From a virus (lineage: Duplodnaviria; Caudoviricetes), in IMG/VR virus record IMGVR_UViG_2843675664_000001, positions 5,636 through 69,635 of that record: a DNA stretch of 64,000 nt. One strand, given 5' to 3'. Positions 9,960-20,317 of this stretch are shown here, piece by piece. Numbering within the stretch: position 1 is the stretch's first letter; each line of letters opens with the position of its first letter. The notes beneath the pieces are model-generated. The model worked only from the letters and a program-made list of their open reading frames with translations. It did no database searches and was not told the origin of the DNA. Position numbers and translations under genes: made by a program.

Positions 9960-10292
9960 GTGACAAGGGAGAAGAAAACTTATATCAAAACCGCCGAACA
10001 GAAACAGGATGTATGCCTGCGGCTAGTCCGGAATCTTCGGCAGCTGGACAGCTTCACTATGAAGATGGCTTCATTGTCTGCTGAGTTAAATATCGTGATG
10101 GCGACAACGTTCGTCAAAATGATGGAAGACATCGGCAGTGTCCACGTGAGCCACAAACGCGGAAAGCAGGTCTATTACGTTTTTGATGATTATGCCGTAT
10201 CAAAAATTAAGGCTCACTTCAGCAACTTTCCCGATAAAAGGCGCAAGGGGGAGAAAGCGTCGGTGCCTGATCGGGAGGTGCGCTGTGGGTGA
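9960..10292 (+). CDS. Phage hypothetical protein
   Basis: Coupled ORF. Confidence 0.5.
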   Translation: MTREKKTYIKTAEQKQDVCLRLVRNLRQLDSFTMKMASLSAELNIVMATTFVKMMEDIGSVHVSHKRGKQVYYVFDDYAVSKIKAHFSNFPDKRRKGEKASVPDREVRCG

Positions 10293-10944
10293 GAGAAACG
10301 GAATATACCAGCGAATCAGCGGTGATCAATATCGGCATATTTGGGTGGTTGGCGACCTGCACGGATGCTATCAGTTACTGATTGATAGGATGCAACAAAT
10401 TGATTTTGATAAACAAACTGACTTAATCATTTCTGTAGGTGACCTGATAGACAGGGGTGACCAAAACGTCGAGTGTTTAGACCTGCTCAATGAAAAGTGG
10501 TTTACGGCTATTCGCGGCAATCATGAGCAAATGGCGATTGATGCCCTGTTCAATGGCGGCGACGTCAATAACTGGCTGTATAACGGCGGGAACTGGTTTT
10601 TCCTTCAGGACTACGACAAAGAGATTTTATCTCGGGCATGTCTGGCGAAAGCCGAAAAACTGCCCCTGATTATCGAGGTCATCACGAACGGAAAGAAGGT
10701 TGTAATAGCCCATGCTGATTATCCATCAGATGAATACGAGTTCGGGAAACCAGTAGATGAGCAGGCCGTTATCTGGAGTCGTGAGCGCGTTGCTGACGAC
10801 ATGCCACGGGAAATTAAAGGTGCTGACCTGTTTATTTTCGGGCACACGCCAATGATTAAAGGTATCGGAAAGAGAGCCAATCAGGAATATATCGATACCG
10901 GCGCAGTATTCGGCTATGGCCTTACGCTGAGGAAAATACAATGA
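10183..10944 (+). CDS. ninI: Ser/Thr protein phosphatase (NinI-like); true start probably near 10285
   Basis: GDLHG, GDLIDRG, RGNHE, FGHTP, IDTGA motifs. Confidence 0.9.
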   Translation: MMIMPYQKLRLTSATFPIKGARGRKRRCLIGRCAVGERNGIYQRISGDQYRHIWVVGDLHGCYQLLIDRMQQIDFDKQTDLIISVGDLIDRGDQNVECLDLLNEKWFTAIRGNHEQMAIDALFNGGDVNNWLYNGGNWFFLQDYDKEILSRACLAKAEKLPLIIEVITNGKKVVIAHADYPSDEYEFGKPVDEQAVIWSRERVADDMPREIKGADLFIFGHTPMIKGIGKRANQEYIDTGAVFGYGLTLRKIQ

Positions 10945-11075
10945 CATGCCAACTGTGCAGTAAAGAACTGGCCGACGATGAAACATGGCTGTGCGACCAG
11001 TGCGCCAGTGAATGTCCGCATCTGGAAGTGGTCGAGAAGATAAAAGGAGATGGTGATGCCGAGAAGAAGGATTAA
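10941..11075 (+). CDS. NinF-like small Zn-binding protein
   Basis: [22 protein letters not shown]; ATGA overlap. Confidence 0.6.
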   Translation: MTCQLCSKELADDETWLCDQCASECPHLEVVEKIKGDGDAEKKD

Positions 11076-11231
11076 GTACATGCATAAACACAAATATCCG
11101 AAAGGTGAAAATAATACCGGCGGATCGCATAAACGGGACGGCATTGAACAGGCGACACGATATATCCCGTTCGTATTGTGCTGGGTGTTGTTCGTTCTGG
11201 CTATCGGCATCAGTTTATCGTGAGGTGAAAT

Positions 11232-11855
11232 GTGGCAAAGGCAAAGCAGCCAAAGCCTAAGAAATGTAAAGTCTGCGACAAAGAATTCCTTCCCTATCTA
11301 TCCACTAAAAAAGTTTGTTCCATCCCGTGTGCCATCAAGTTTGCAGCCAGTGAAGTACAGCGAAAGGTTGAAAAAGAACGCAGGCGGCAGGACTCCATTG
11401 AGCGCAAAGAATTACGCGAACGGAAAGACAAACTCAAATCCAACAGCGATTTAGCAAAAGAAGCTCAGGCAGCATTTAACAGATATATCAGGGCGCGTGA
11501 CCGTGGAAAGCCTTGTATTAGCTGTGGATGCAATTTGGTTGATGCTTCCGGGTATCTGACGGGAAGTGCTACAGACGCAAGTCATTACAGGTCAAGAGGT
11601 GCGGCAAAACATCTCAGGTTCAATGTTTTTAATGTTCATTCATCGTGCACCAGATGTAACCGGCAGCTGAGCGGAAACGCTGTCGAGTACCGAATCAGGC
11701 TGATACAGAGGATCGGTATCGAAAGGGTTGAAGCTATCGAGTCAGATAACTCACCACGGAGATTCAGCAATGAATATCTCAGGCGGGTTAAGCAGATATT
11801 TGCAAGGCGGGCCCGGTGGTATGAACGCAGGCGGAAACTGATGGAGGCGGCGTAA
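11232..11855 (+). CDS. ninG: NinG/Rap endonuclease
   Basis: AFNRYIRARD, CISCG, DASHYRSRG, CTRCN. Confidence 0.9.
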   Translation: MAKAKQPKPKKCKVCDKEFLPYLSTKKVCSIPCAIKFAASEVQRKVEKERRRQDSIERKELRERKDKLKSNSDLAKEAQAAFNRYIRARDRGKPCISCGCNLVDASGYLTGSATDASHYRSRGAAKHLRFNVFNVHSSCTRCNRQLSGNAVEYRIRLIQRIGIERVEAIESDNSPRRFSNEYLRRVKQIFARRARWYERRRKLMEAA

Positions 11856-12058
11856 TGTTCACAGACATAGCGGCGGCAATCGAAGAAGCCAGGTGGCTCA
11901 GGCGTGAAACAAAGCATCACCACGTAGTCACACAGAAAAGAGACGGATATCTCAAGGTTCGACAGGAAGTCGGCGAAAGCAGGGAGTTGCTACTGAGGAA
12001 GGTGTTCAGCACCAGGTACGACTGCCACAAACACACTGTTTTGCCGGAGGTAAGATGA
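11855..12058 (+). CDS. Small nin-region protein
   Basis: MFTDIAAAIEEAR; coupled to ninG and Q. Confidence 0.6.
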   Translation: MFTDIAAAIEEARWLRRETKHHHVVTQKRDGYLKVRQEVGESRELLLRKVFSTRYDCHKHTVLPEVR

Positions 12059-12557
12059 GCTATATCGGAGAAAAGGAACTCACCAAAGAGCAACACGACT
12101 GGTTGAATCAGTGGCTGGAGTTGTGGGGGCGTGGGTATATTCTGGTCGTATTGATATTCGCATGATCAACATGATTTATAAATTCATGCAAACAGCAGAG
12201 CCGAGTAAAAACCCATCAAGACCTATGTGTAATGACGATGAAGGAATGTTGATTTCTCAGGTCGTAGATTCAGTCATCGCCACTGACACACAGGCTTATG
12301 GAATATTACTAAGTTATTACGCTCATGGTTCATCTAAGTTGTCGATTGCATCTTACTATCACAGAGTTGCAAAACCACGCAAAATGCAAACCAAGGGTGG
12401 CAATAGATTTAAAAAGCCATCACTTGGAACTTGCAGAAATGATGTTGATGCAAAACTCAAGGCTGCACAGTGGTTATTGTACGAACCTCTGCGAAATGCA
12501 ATGAATAATCGTAAACATGTAGCTAAAGTGAAGAAAATAACTGAACTTTGCTATTGA
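12055..12557 (+). CDS. Q: Late antiterminator Q (P22 gp23-like), apparent -1 frameshift in G5 at 12125-12129
   Basis: LTKEQHDWLNQWLELWG in one frame continues as AWVYSGR...CNDDEGMLISQVVD in another. Confidence 0.85.
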
Positions 12558-12633
12558 CTTATAATATCAAATTAGCAATACTAATCAGGTAAGTTGCTTT
12601 ACGTGACTCTTAAGTTTGCTTACCTCATTCAAG

Positions 12634-12658
12634 ACCTCGCTACGGCGGGGTTTTTTGT
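12634..12658 (+). terminator. tR'-like intrinsic terminator
   Basis: CCTCGC-TACG-GCGGGG then T tract, downstream of pR'-like TTGACT at 12555. Confidence 0.75.
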
Positions 12659-13005
12659 TATCTAGCACACTCTTCATTTTGGAGAGTTGTGTGATTAGGG
12701 ACACCAGATATCCGTCGACCAAAACATCATCTGGTGTCCCTTTCTATATCAAATTTTGAGCAATCAAGGCCTGTGCGGGGTAATTGGTATAAAAAGCTCG
12801 GTCGCCAAACTTCTGCTTTTTATCTAATTAATTCCGCTTCTCTAATCTGGTGTAATCCCACTATTTTAATTCCCCCGAATTCGAGGGAATAAGTTTTTGA
12901 TATTTATCCAGAGTGCTTATTTGCATTGTGGTAATCCAACCATCCGGAATTACCGGATAGTTCACATATTCGGTTATTCCGAACAACTGAATTACGGAGT
13001 CGTTA

Positions 13006-13242
13006 ATGCGAAGTAAAGCAATAAGACGCCATCACGAGAAACGCCTCAAATCCAAGCGCAGTAAATATTACAATGCCGGACACGCCACTAAGCGCAACAT
13101 AGGCATGTGCTACCGCACTCCCGCACTGTGTGGTTGCTGGATGTGCGCTAATCACAGAAAAGTATTCGGCATGAGCATCAAAGAAGTTCGTGACCGGCAG
13201 TGCTGCATTGATACTGAGCAACTGCTGCAAAATATGCAGTAG
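13006..13242 (+). CDS. Basic Cys-containing phage hypothetical protein
   Basis: GGAG RBS; CGCWMC motif; followed by terminator. Confidence 0.6.
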   Translation: MRSKAIRRHHEKRLKSKRSKYYNAGHATKRNIGMCYRTPALCGCWMCANHRKVFGMSIKEVRDRQCCIDTEQLLQNMQ

Positions 13243-13413
13243 TTCAAAATATCGCAGGCCCACAGTCCCAATAGATAAATATTCCAAAGGTCGCCTTGTG
13301 CGGCCTTTTTTCATATACGCCGCCACAGAATCCTGAACAAACAAACGTAATCAGCGCAGAGATACTGTGCGCGGCACCCTATTATCTAACCAGCCCCAAG
13401 CTAAGGGGGAGGT

Positions 13414-13728
13414 ATGCGTAAAATGCCCTATAAAGACCCCGGAAACTACAACTGGCTTGTGGGAATGCTCATTAGCATCATGACTCTTCTCGGCACTGCC
13501 GCAAGCTGCGCCTACAAGGTGCTTAACGGAGAAAAAATAAGCTGGGGATTTTTCTTTCTTCAGGTGATTGTCTCCATCTTTGCCGGTGCGATGGTGTATC
13601 TGGCCTCCAGTTATTACCAGTGGGTGCCGGAGCTGGCAGGCGGCATTGCTGGTCTTGCTGGCTGGTCTGGCGCTGAACTGATTAAAACCCTTGAGAAGCG
13701 ACTTTTACGGAAGGTGAGTGATGACTGA
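13414..13728 (+). CDS. Holin (dual-start M-R-K-M)
   Basis: 3 TM segments; upstream of endolysin. Confidence 0.85.
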   Translation: MRKMPYKDPGNYNWLVGMLISIMTLLGTAASCAYKVLNGEKISWGFFFLQVIVSIFAGAMVYLASSYYQWVPELAGGIAGLAGWSGAELIKTLEKRLLRKVSDD

Positions 13729-14203
13729 GCCAAAATGGATTACTGAAGCCCGGAAAGAAATCGGTGTATCAGAGCACACAGCAGCAGGTTCAGCAGCTGT
13801 AGACCAGATGTGGATTGATAGCAAACTGCGCGGGCTGGTTGGCACTGCGCGTAAAGTGCCGTGGTGTGCAGGATTTGTTAATGCCTGCCTGGAGCGTGCC
13901 GGTATTCGGTCGACCCGCTCTGATTCTTCCCGCTCATATCTGGCGTTCGGAAAAATGCTGACACAGCCTGCATACGGTTGCATTGTCACATTCTCCCGTA
14001 CTGGCGGAGGCCATGTTGGTTTCGTGGTCGGCAAGACAGAATCAGGTCAACTGATGGTATTGGGTGGTAATCAGTCAGACGCGGTAAATATCAAAGCATT
14101 CGGTACCGACCGCGTTACTGGTTACCGCTGGCCGTCAGGTGTTCCGGTGGATAATCGTCCGCTGCCGATTGGTAACGCCGCGCTGTCAGTGAAAGAGTCA
14201 TGA
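13718..14203 (+). CDS. Endolysin, TIGR02594 NlpC/P60-like peptidase
   Basis: VPWCAGFV, GGHVGFV, LGGNQSD motifs. Confidence 0.85.
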   Translation: MMTEPKWITEARKEIGVSEHTAAGSAAVDQMWIDSKLRGLVGTARKVPWCAGFVNACLERAGIRSTRSDSSRSYLAFGKMLTQPAYGCIVTFSRTGGGHVGFVVGKTESGQLMVLGGNQSDAVNIKAFGTDRVTGYRWPSGVPVDNRPLPIGNAALSVKES

Positions 14204-14204
14204 T

Positions 14205-14534
14205 ATGGACACTAAGACAAAAATAATTGTGGTGATTTTTTTTGCCATGGTGACTGTGATTGTATGCCTGGGTAACTCACTAAGTGATGCCAGAAAAGAG
14301 CGTGACTCGCTATCTGAAAAACTGTCAGCCCAGCAGGTGATTAATACCACCACATTAACCGCAGTCGCCACCTTTCACCGTATCTCTGGAGAAACCATAG
14401 ATGCCAAGCGGAAAAACACACTGGACGCACAGACTGCCAAGAAAGACGTCAAAGTTATTCTTGTGGGTAATGACTGTGCTTCCGCTGATGCTCCTGGTGC
14501 TCTCATTGACCGGATGCGGCAGTACAAAAACTGA
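14205..14534 (+). CDS. i-spanin (Rz)
   Basis: N-terminal TM plus coiled coil after endolysin. Confidence 0.8.
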   Translation: MDTKTKIIVVIFFAMVTVIVCLGNSLSDARKERDSLSEKLSAQQVINTTTLTAVATFHRISGETIDAKRKNTLDAQTAKKDVKVILVGNDCASADAPGALIDRMRQYKN

Positions 14535-14727
14535 GTATGTATCAGCCCCTCACGTTCCAATCCCTGCAAGCCTGACAGCTGACTGCCCGATACCCGATAT
14601 CCCCGACAAAATGACGTGGGGCGATATCGCGGAATACAACATCGAACTGATGTCAGTAATTAAAGCATGCAATCTGGATAAGCGGGCAATACGGGAGATA
14701 GAAAAAGCGAGGCTAGCCCCGCTTTAA
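14470..14727 (+). CDS. o-spanin (Rz1) lipoprotein
   Basis: LTGC lipobox; Pro-rich; overlaps Rz. Confidence 0.8.
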   Translation: MTVLPLMLLVLSLTGCGSTKTEYVSAPHVPIPASLTADCPIPDIPDKMTWGDIAEYNIELMSVIKACNLDKRAIREIEKARLAPL

Positions 14728-14731
14728 CTAA

Positions 14732-14947
14732 TCACCCCACCTTGCGATAAGGGTATCCGGCTTTTTTAATGTGAGCATCAAAATACTGGCCTTTTGATGA
14801 TGCGTTCATTAATCCGCTGTGAATATGCGGAGGTACACCGGAGTACTGATAAATGCCACTACTGTGGAACGCAATTTCCAGCACGTGAGTGGCAGGGTCA
14901 TAACCAACTGAACGAAGGTTTGAAGATGAAACAGGAACACGATTCAA
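14732..14947 (-). CDS. KTSC domain protein
   Basis: VSSSNLRSVGYD...YQYSGVP...ASSKGQYF. Confidence 0.9.
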   Translation of the reverse strand: MNRVPVSSSNLRSVGYDPATHVLEIAFHSSGIYQYSGVPPHIHSGLMNASSKGQYFDAHIKKAGYPYRKVG

Positions 14948-15283
14948 TTTCTAAATCTCCTATCATCGGGAAAAGTCCCGAGGAGATAGTAGAGCATTTC
15001 AATAAATATAACTTCGTGGACGATCACGGACACCGCCTTGAGTTTTGTCAGGACTTCATCGACTTAATCCGGGCGGCAACAACGCCTCGCTAAATAGCGG
15101 GGCTTTTTATGGAGAAATACTATGGCAGCTCAAGGTTTCGATAACCCGAGTAAGTTTTACGATGACGTTTTGAAAAACGTTCCTCAGAAATAACCCCGAC
15201 AAGGTTAGATAGCTCTTCTCTGACCATGACGAAATGAGCAGTACGACATCAAAACGCCTCCTTAGTTGGGGGCTTTTTTATGT

Positions 15284-15336
15284 GCGCAATCTAGGCTGAT
15301 CCCCGAAAAGACGTCACGCCAGAGTCCTGATTGCGC
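15284..15336 (+). ncRNA. int-alpA-like structured RNA motif (prophage copy)
   Basis: GCGCAATC/GATTGCGC stem enclosing TAGGCTGATCCCCGAAAA and an inner hairpin; same core at 45633. Confidence 0.55.
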
Positions 15337-15363
15337 TCACTAATTGGCGATAGCGAGGCGACT

Positions 15364-15924
15364 ATGTTCAATACTGCGTATCTTAAATCTCTCGAAGTAA
15401 GAAAACCGCTAACCACAAGACTGATGAGCCGCATTGAGGTAAATGATAAAACCGGGTGTTGGGTATTTATGGGCGGGAAAGACCGCTGTGGTTACGGAAG
15501 AATAAAGGTTGGTCCGCATAGCTTAGGCGCACATAAGGTGGCATATTTAATGCTGGTTGGAGATTATGACCAAGCAAACCTTGAGCTAATGCACACGTGT
15601 GACAATCCAGCATGCATAAACCCAAAGCATTTGATTCCGGCAACTCACAGAGAAAATATATATGACTGCATTTCGAAAGGAAGGCATACATATCAAAACG
15701 ACATCCTTAACAAATTTATACATTGCAAAAAAACTGACGTTAATTCAGGTGGTTTAATAATATATAAAAGTAGCCGAGCTTTAGCTTTGGATAATGGGGA
15801 TAGGAATTATGCTGGTTCCCCATGCAAAAAGCATCAGTCAACAATTCGCCGATCCTCAAATGGTCAGTGTATTTATTGCTATAACGATTACCTATTAAAA
15901 AGACGAACAAAACGAGAAAATTAA
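15364..15924 (+). CDS. HNH homing endonuclease
   Basis: GCWVFMG...GYG...MHTCDNPACINPKHL...EN. Confidence 0.9.
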   Translation: MFNTAYLKSLEVRKPLTTRLMSRIEVNDKTGCWVFMGGKDRCGYGRIKVGPHSLGAHKVAYLMLVGDYDQANLELMHTCDNPACINPKHLIPATHRENIYDCISKGRHTYQNDILNKFIHCKKTDVNSGGLIIYKSSRALALDNGDRNYAGSPCKKHQSTIRRSSNGQCIYCYNDYLLKRRTKREN

Positions 15925-16006
15925 AAAATAACGCAATCACAATAGACCGCCGAGCGGTCTTTTTTATGCGATAATGCGCAGTCCAACACAGATAAGGGGC
16001 TGCATA

Positions 16007-16207
16007 ATGAATTGGATTTCAGTTGAAGACGAATTACCAAGGCCGGTTACTCAGCAGGCGATGTTTATTGTTTGTACAGAAAATGGTGTTGGAGTTGCCA
16101 AATATGATTATGGTTTTGGAGAAGTTTATTTTGATGGCAACACTCAATATCATGGCGACAAAGTCACTCACTGGATGCCTATGCCAACCAGTCCATTCAA
16201 TGAGTAA
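16007..16207 (+). CDS. DUF551 family protein
   Basis: MNWISVEDELP...VTHWMPMP. Confidence 0.8.
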   Translation: MNWISVEDELPRPVTQQAMFIVCTENGVGVAKYDYGFGEVYFDGNTQYHGDKVTHWMPMPTSPFNE

Positions 16208-16573
16208 ATGAACCACAACGTATGACAACCCGCTCCGGCGGGTTTTTTATTACCTCCGAGCCGCCGATCTCCTCTGCCACATTAGCCACGACCTGTGCCA
16301 CTCCTCACAGCGAGCGTGTGGACATCCAGAATAATCGGTAACACCGGGATAAAGACACTCTCATATGCGGCGACACCTGCCGTGGTGGAAGAAATGGTGA
16401 CATATGACCTACAAGAGAGGCAATTATGATTACAACAACCATCAGTTACAAAATGACCCTACGCCGGTATATGAAGCCGGTATTATTTATCGCCGCCTTT
16501 CTGCCTGGCACATGGTTAGCAAGCCTGTGCTTTAAGAAAGAAATCGTATTTGAAGGACAGGAGGTTGAATTGA

Positions 16574-16772
16574 ATGGCTGAAAAATACGAAGTCACAGCA
16601 ACCAAAAAAGGACGGTACGACATATCACGGATTGATGACAACGAAAGAGCCGCGCATTACTAACGGACTGATTGGTATTGCCGGTCTGGACGGTTCATGG
16701 ACATATATCGCACCGGATGAAATCAGCGACATCAGATACATTCCGGTGGTTGAGGAAAAGAGTAAGGAATAG
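16574..16772 (+). CDS. Small protein upstream of terS, apparent +1 frameshift in A6 at 16604-16609
   Basis: Removing one A gives MAEKYEVTATKKDGTTYHG...KSKE* ending just before terS ATG. Confidence 0.5.
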
Positions 16773-16774
16773 GA

Positions 16775-17377
16775 ATGGCTAAAAGACCAGACTGGGAGGC
16801 CATCGAGTCGGCTTACAGGGCTGGCGTGATGTCACTCCGTGAAATTGCCTCACAACACGACATATCCGAGGGGGCGATAAGAAAGAGGGCAAAGCGTGAT
16901 GATTGGTCGCGTGACCTGAATGCGAAGATAAAAGCCAGGTCTGATGACATGGTACGCAAACAGGAGGTACGCAGGCAGGTACGCACAGAAACAACATTAT
17001 CAGAACGCGTACTTATCGAAGCCACCGCAGAGGTAATAACCAATGTTCGCATGGAGCATCGTGGCGATATCCGGCGGGCGCGTGAATTGGCTAACGTGCT
17101 GTTTGATGAACTGAGCGCAGAGTGTGCCGATGTGGCTGCACTGGAGAAACTCGGCGAGCTGATGATTGAGCCAGATGATAATGGGCGAGATAAGCTGAGC
17201 GAGATTTATCATGCTGTTATCTCTCTGCCTGAGCGCGTGAAGTCAGCCAAAGCGCTGAGCGAAACACTGAAGAACCTTATCGGTCTTGAGCGTCAGGCAT
17301 ATGGCCTTGATGACATGCAGCCGAATAAAACAGCCAGCCAGCTATCCGACCTGATGGACGAACTATCGAGCAAATAA
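16775..17377 (+). CDS. terS: Terminase small subunit
   Basis: MAKRPDWEAIESAYRAG HTH family; directly upstream of terL. Confidence 0.8.
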   Translation: MAKRPDWEAIESAYRAGVMSLREIASQHDISEGAIRKRAKRDDWSRDLNAKIKARSDDMVRKQEVRRQVRTETTLSERVLIEATAEVITNVRMEHRGDIRRARELANVLFDELSAECADVAALEKLGELMIEPDDNGRDKLSEIYHAVISLPERVKSAKALSETLKNLIGLERQAYGLDDMQPNKTASQLSDLMDELSSK

Positions 17378-17378
17378 C

Positions 17379-18860
17379 ATGAAGCCAGAGCATTTAGCGT
17401 TACTGCGTAATAAGCAATGGCGTCTGAATAATCTGTACTGGATCACCGATAAAGAAGGTCGCCCGGTTCGCTTTAAAATGACGCCTGAGCAAACTGAATA
17501 TTTCGAAGGCATCCACAACCGCAATATCATCCTGAAAGCCCGTCAACTTGGATTCACGACTGAGGTCTGTATCATCCAGCTTGACGCGGCCATATTTGAA
17601 TCGGCCAAGTGCGCACTGATAGCCCACACTCTTCCGGACGCAAAACGCCTGTTCCGGGAGAAGATAAAATACGCCTACGAGCGCCTGCCGGACGAAATCA
17701 AAGCGGCAAATCCTGCAAGTAATGACTCCGCCGGTGAACTGGTGTTCAGCAAAGGCGGCTCAGTGACTGTGTCCGTGTCGTTTCGTGGCGGTACGCTGCG
17801 TTACCTGCACGTATCGGAGTTCGGGAAGATATGCGCCAAGCAACCAGAGAAAGCCCGTGAGATTGTCACAGGGGCGTTTGAGGCGGTGTCGACTGAGTGC
17901 TTTACGACGATTGAGAGCACAGCAGAAGGGCGGGCCGGTTATTTCTTCGATTACTGCCAGTTGGCAGAAAAAGCACTAATGCAGGGTAAATCATTATCTC
18001 CGCTGGACTGGAAGTTTTTCTTCTTCTCCTGGTGGAAGAATCCGCAGTACGCAATCGACCCTGTTGAGCAGTTACCGCAACGCCTGACTGACTATTTTGA
18101 TGAGCTATCAGGCAAATATGGAATCACGCTCAACGACCGGCAGAAAGCCTGGTACTACGCCAAAGAAAAAACACTCGGCGACGATATGAAGAGGGAATAC
18201 CCGTCGATACCGTCAGAGGCATTTCAGCAGTCTGTGGATGGTGCGTATTACGCCAAGCAATTCCGCTGGCTGTACGAAAATAAACGCATTGGTGAAATCC
18301 CTGATAACTCACATCTGCCGGTGCATACGTACTGGGATATCGGTGTGGGTGACTCAACGTCAATCTGGTTTGTGCGTGAAGTCGGTGAAGAATTCCACAT
18401 TGTCGATCACTACTCAAACAGCGGTGAAGGTCTGAGGCACTACATGAAGGTGCTGAAAGACAAAGGCTATGACTATGCCAGCCATAACGGGCCACATGAT
18501 ATCGATAACCGCGAATTTGGTTCTGATGCGAAATCACGCCGGGAACTGGCGCGGGAGGGGTACGAAATTGACGGGCAAACCTACTCCATCCGCTTTGAGG
18601 TGGTACCGAAGCTATCCGTTGATGAGGGTATTGAGGCAGTGCGCGAAATCCTGCCGCTCTGTGTATTCGATGAGAACAAATGCGGCGAAGGCATTACCCA
18701 CCTTGAGGCGTACCGGAAAGAATGGGATGACAAGCGTGGGTGCTGGAAAGATAAACCACTTCACGACTACACATCACACGATGCTGACGGATTCCGCTAT
18801 TTCGCGGTCAGTCGCCGTAATAAGAAATCTCACTCCGGCATGCTGGTTCGTAAACGTTAA
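17379..18860 (+). CDS. terL: Terminase large subunit
   Basis: ILKARQLGFTT, LHVSE, ESTAEG, WDIG, SHDADGFRY. Confidence 0.95.
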   Translation: MKPEHLALLRNKQWRLNNLYWITDKEGRPVRFKMTPEQTEYFEGIHNRNIILKARQLGFTTEVCIIQLDAAIFESAKCALIAHTLPDAKRLFREKIKYAYERLPDEIKAANPASNDSAGELVFSKGGSVTVSVSFRGGTLRYLHVSEFGKICAKQPEKAREIVTGAFEAVSTECFTTIESTAEGRAGYFFDYCQLAEKALMQGKSLSPLDWKFFFFSWWKNPQYAIDPVEQLPQRLTDYFDELSGKYGITLNDRQKAWYYAKEKTLGDDMKREYPSIPSEAFQQSVDGAYYAKQFRWLYENKRIGEIPDNSHLPVHTYWDIGVGDSTSIWFVREVGEEFHIVDHYSNSGEGLRHYMKVLKDKGYDYASHNGPHDIDNREFGSDAKSRRELAREGYEIDGQTYSIRFEVVPKLSVDEGIEAVREILPLCVFDENKCGEGITHLEAYRKEWDDKRGCWKDKPLHDYTSHDADGFRYFAVSRRNKKSHSGMLVRKR

Positions 18861-18871
18861 TGAGGGCAACA

Positions 18872-20317
18872 ATGGAAGTAAACAGAGACAGGCTGTCATT
18901 GGCGGTGAATAACGCTATCAGCGCGGTAGCAAGAGCCAGAATGACATACGCAACCGGCGGCATAGGAACCGGAAACACAAAGCGTCCGCGCATCTGGCGT
19001 GAGTTCGGTTATCCGGAAGTGCTGACGTTTAATGACTTTTACAACGCCTATGACCGTAACGCTTTGGGCGGTGCAGCGGTGGACCGGTATATCTCCGGCT
19101 GCTGGATTGATGTCCCTGAAATATTCGAAGGTGACGAAGAAGCAGACCGGGACGGTTCTACTGACTGGGATAACAAGCTGAACAAGCTGCTTAAATCACA
19201 CTGGGAACAAATCAAAGAGGCTGACAAGCGTAACCTTGTCGGCCGGTATTCCGGGCTGATCATTCAGTTGCGTGACGGTCGAAAATGGGATGAACCGGTC
19301 GACAGAGCCGTGGTTTCCCGCCTGAAAGATAAAGCCATTATTCGCATGATCCCCGCGTGGGAAGAGCAGCTTGATGTGAGGCGATGGAATGAAGACCAGC
19401 TCAGTGAAGATTACGGCTATCCTGCTCTGTACTCATTTACAGAATTGCATGTCGGTAAGGAATCAGATGGCTCTCCAGGGCGGATTATTGATATTCACCC
19501 TGATCGCGTAATCATTCTTGCTGAAGGGGCGGCAGACGGAAAATTAACATCCGGTACCCCGTTACTGAGGAAAGGCTACAACAAACTCATTGATGCTGAA
19601 AAGGTATCGGGCGGCAGCGCTGAAGGATTCCTGAAAAACGCCAGTCGTCAGCTCAACTATGCGTTCAGCAAAGAAACCGACTTCCAGCGCCTGGCGGAGG
19701 CATTAGGCACCAATATGGATGGCCTGGCCGATGCACTTGATGATCAGGTTCGCAGGCTGAACGAGAGCATTGACGCATCAGTGATGATGCAGGAAGGAAC
19801 GGCAAGTGTGCTTTCCGTTGCACCGGCTGATCCTGAACCAACATGGCGTACCGCACTGGCTGAATTCGCTGCCTCAATCAATATGCCGGTTAAGGTGCTT
19901 ATAGGTCAGATTACCGGTGAGCGGGCATCAACAGAGGACATGAAGGATTGGGCTAAAACGTGCATGTCACGGCGCACAGGATTTCTGAAATCAGTGATTG
20001 AGTCCGTGGTATCACGATTCTGGGCGCTCGGCATTATCGAGCCAAGAGAGGAAATCACCGTCAGTTGGTCTGATTTACTGGCACCGAGTAAGGCTGAGAA
20101 AATCGACTCGATGAACAAGGCCGCCGATATCGCCGTTAAAACGCAACAGGCATTCGGTCATTCGGTATTCCAGGAGAACGAAATCAGGGCGCTGGGTGAG
20201 TATCCGACCCTTACCGAGTTTGAGAATACCGAACCACCGGAAACCGGCCCCAAAGGAGACCCGTTAACTGATGATAAAGAACCAGAGAATAGGGTCGCCG
20301 ATAATACCGAGGAATAA
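18872..20317 (+). CDS. Portal protein (DUF1073-type)
   Basis: Position after terL; IHPDRVII, GQITGERASTED. Confidence 0.85.
   Translation: MEVNRDRLSLAVNNAISAVARARMTYATGGIGTGNTKRPRIWREFGYPEVLTFNDFYNAYDRNALGGAAVDRYISGCWIDVPEIFEGDEEADRDGSTDWDNKLNKLLKSHWEQIKEADKRNLVGRYSGLIIQLRDGRKWDEPVDRAVVSRLKDKAIIRMIPAWEEQLDVRRWNEDQLSEDYGYPALYSFTELHVGKESDGSPGRIIDIHPDRVIILAEGAADGKLTSGTPLLRKGYNKLIDAEKVSGGSAEGFLKNASRQLNYAFSKETDFQRLAEALGTNMDGLADALDDQVRRLNESIDASVMMQEGTASVLSVAPADPEPTWRTALAEFAASINMPVKVLIGQITGERASTEDMKDWAKTCMSRRTGFLKSVIESVVSRFWALGIIEPREEITVSWSDLLAPSKAEKIDSMNKAADIAVKTQQAFGHSVFQENEIRALGEYPTLTEFENTEPPETGPKGDPLTDDKEPENRVADNTEE

Noticed and set aside
12860-12992. Cluster of short palindromes after Q
   Set aside because: No consistent consensus and no match elsewhere in the window; no function can be supported.
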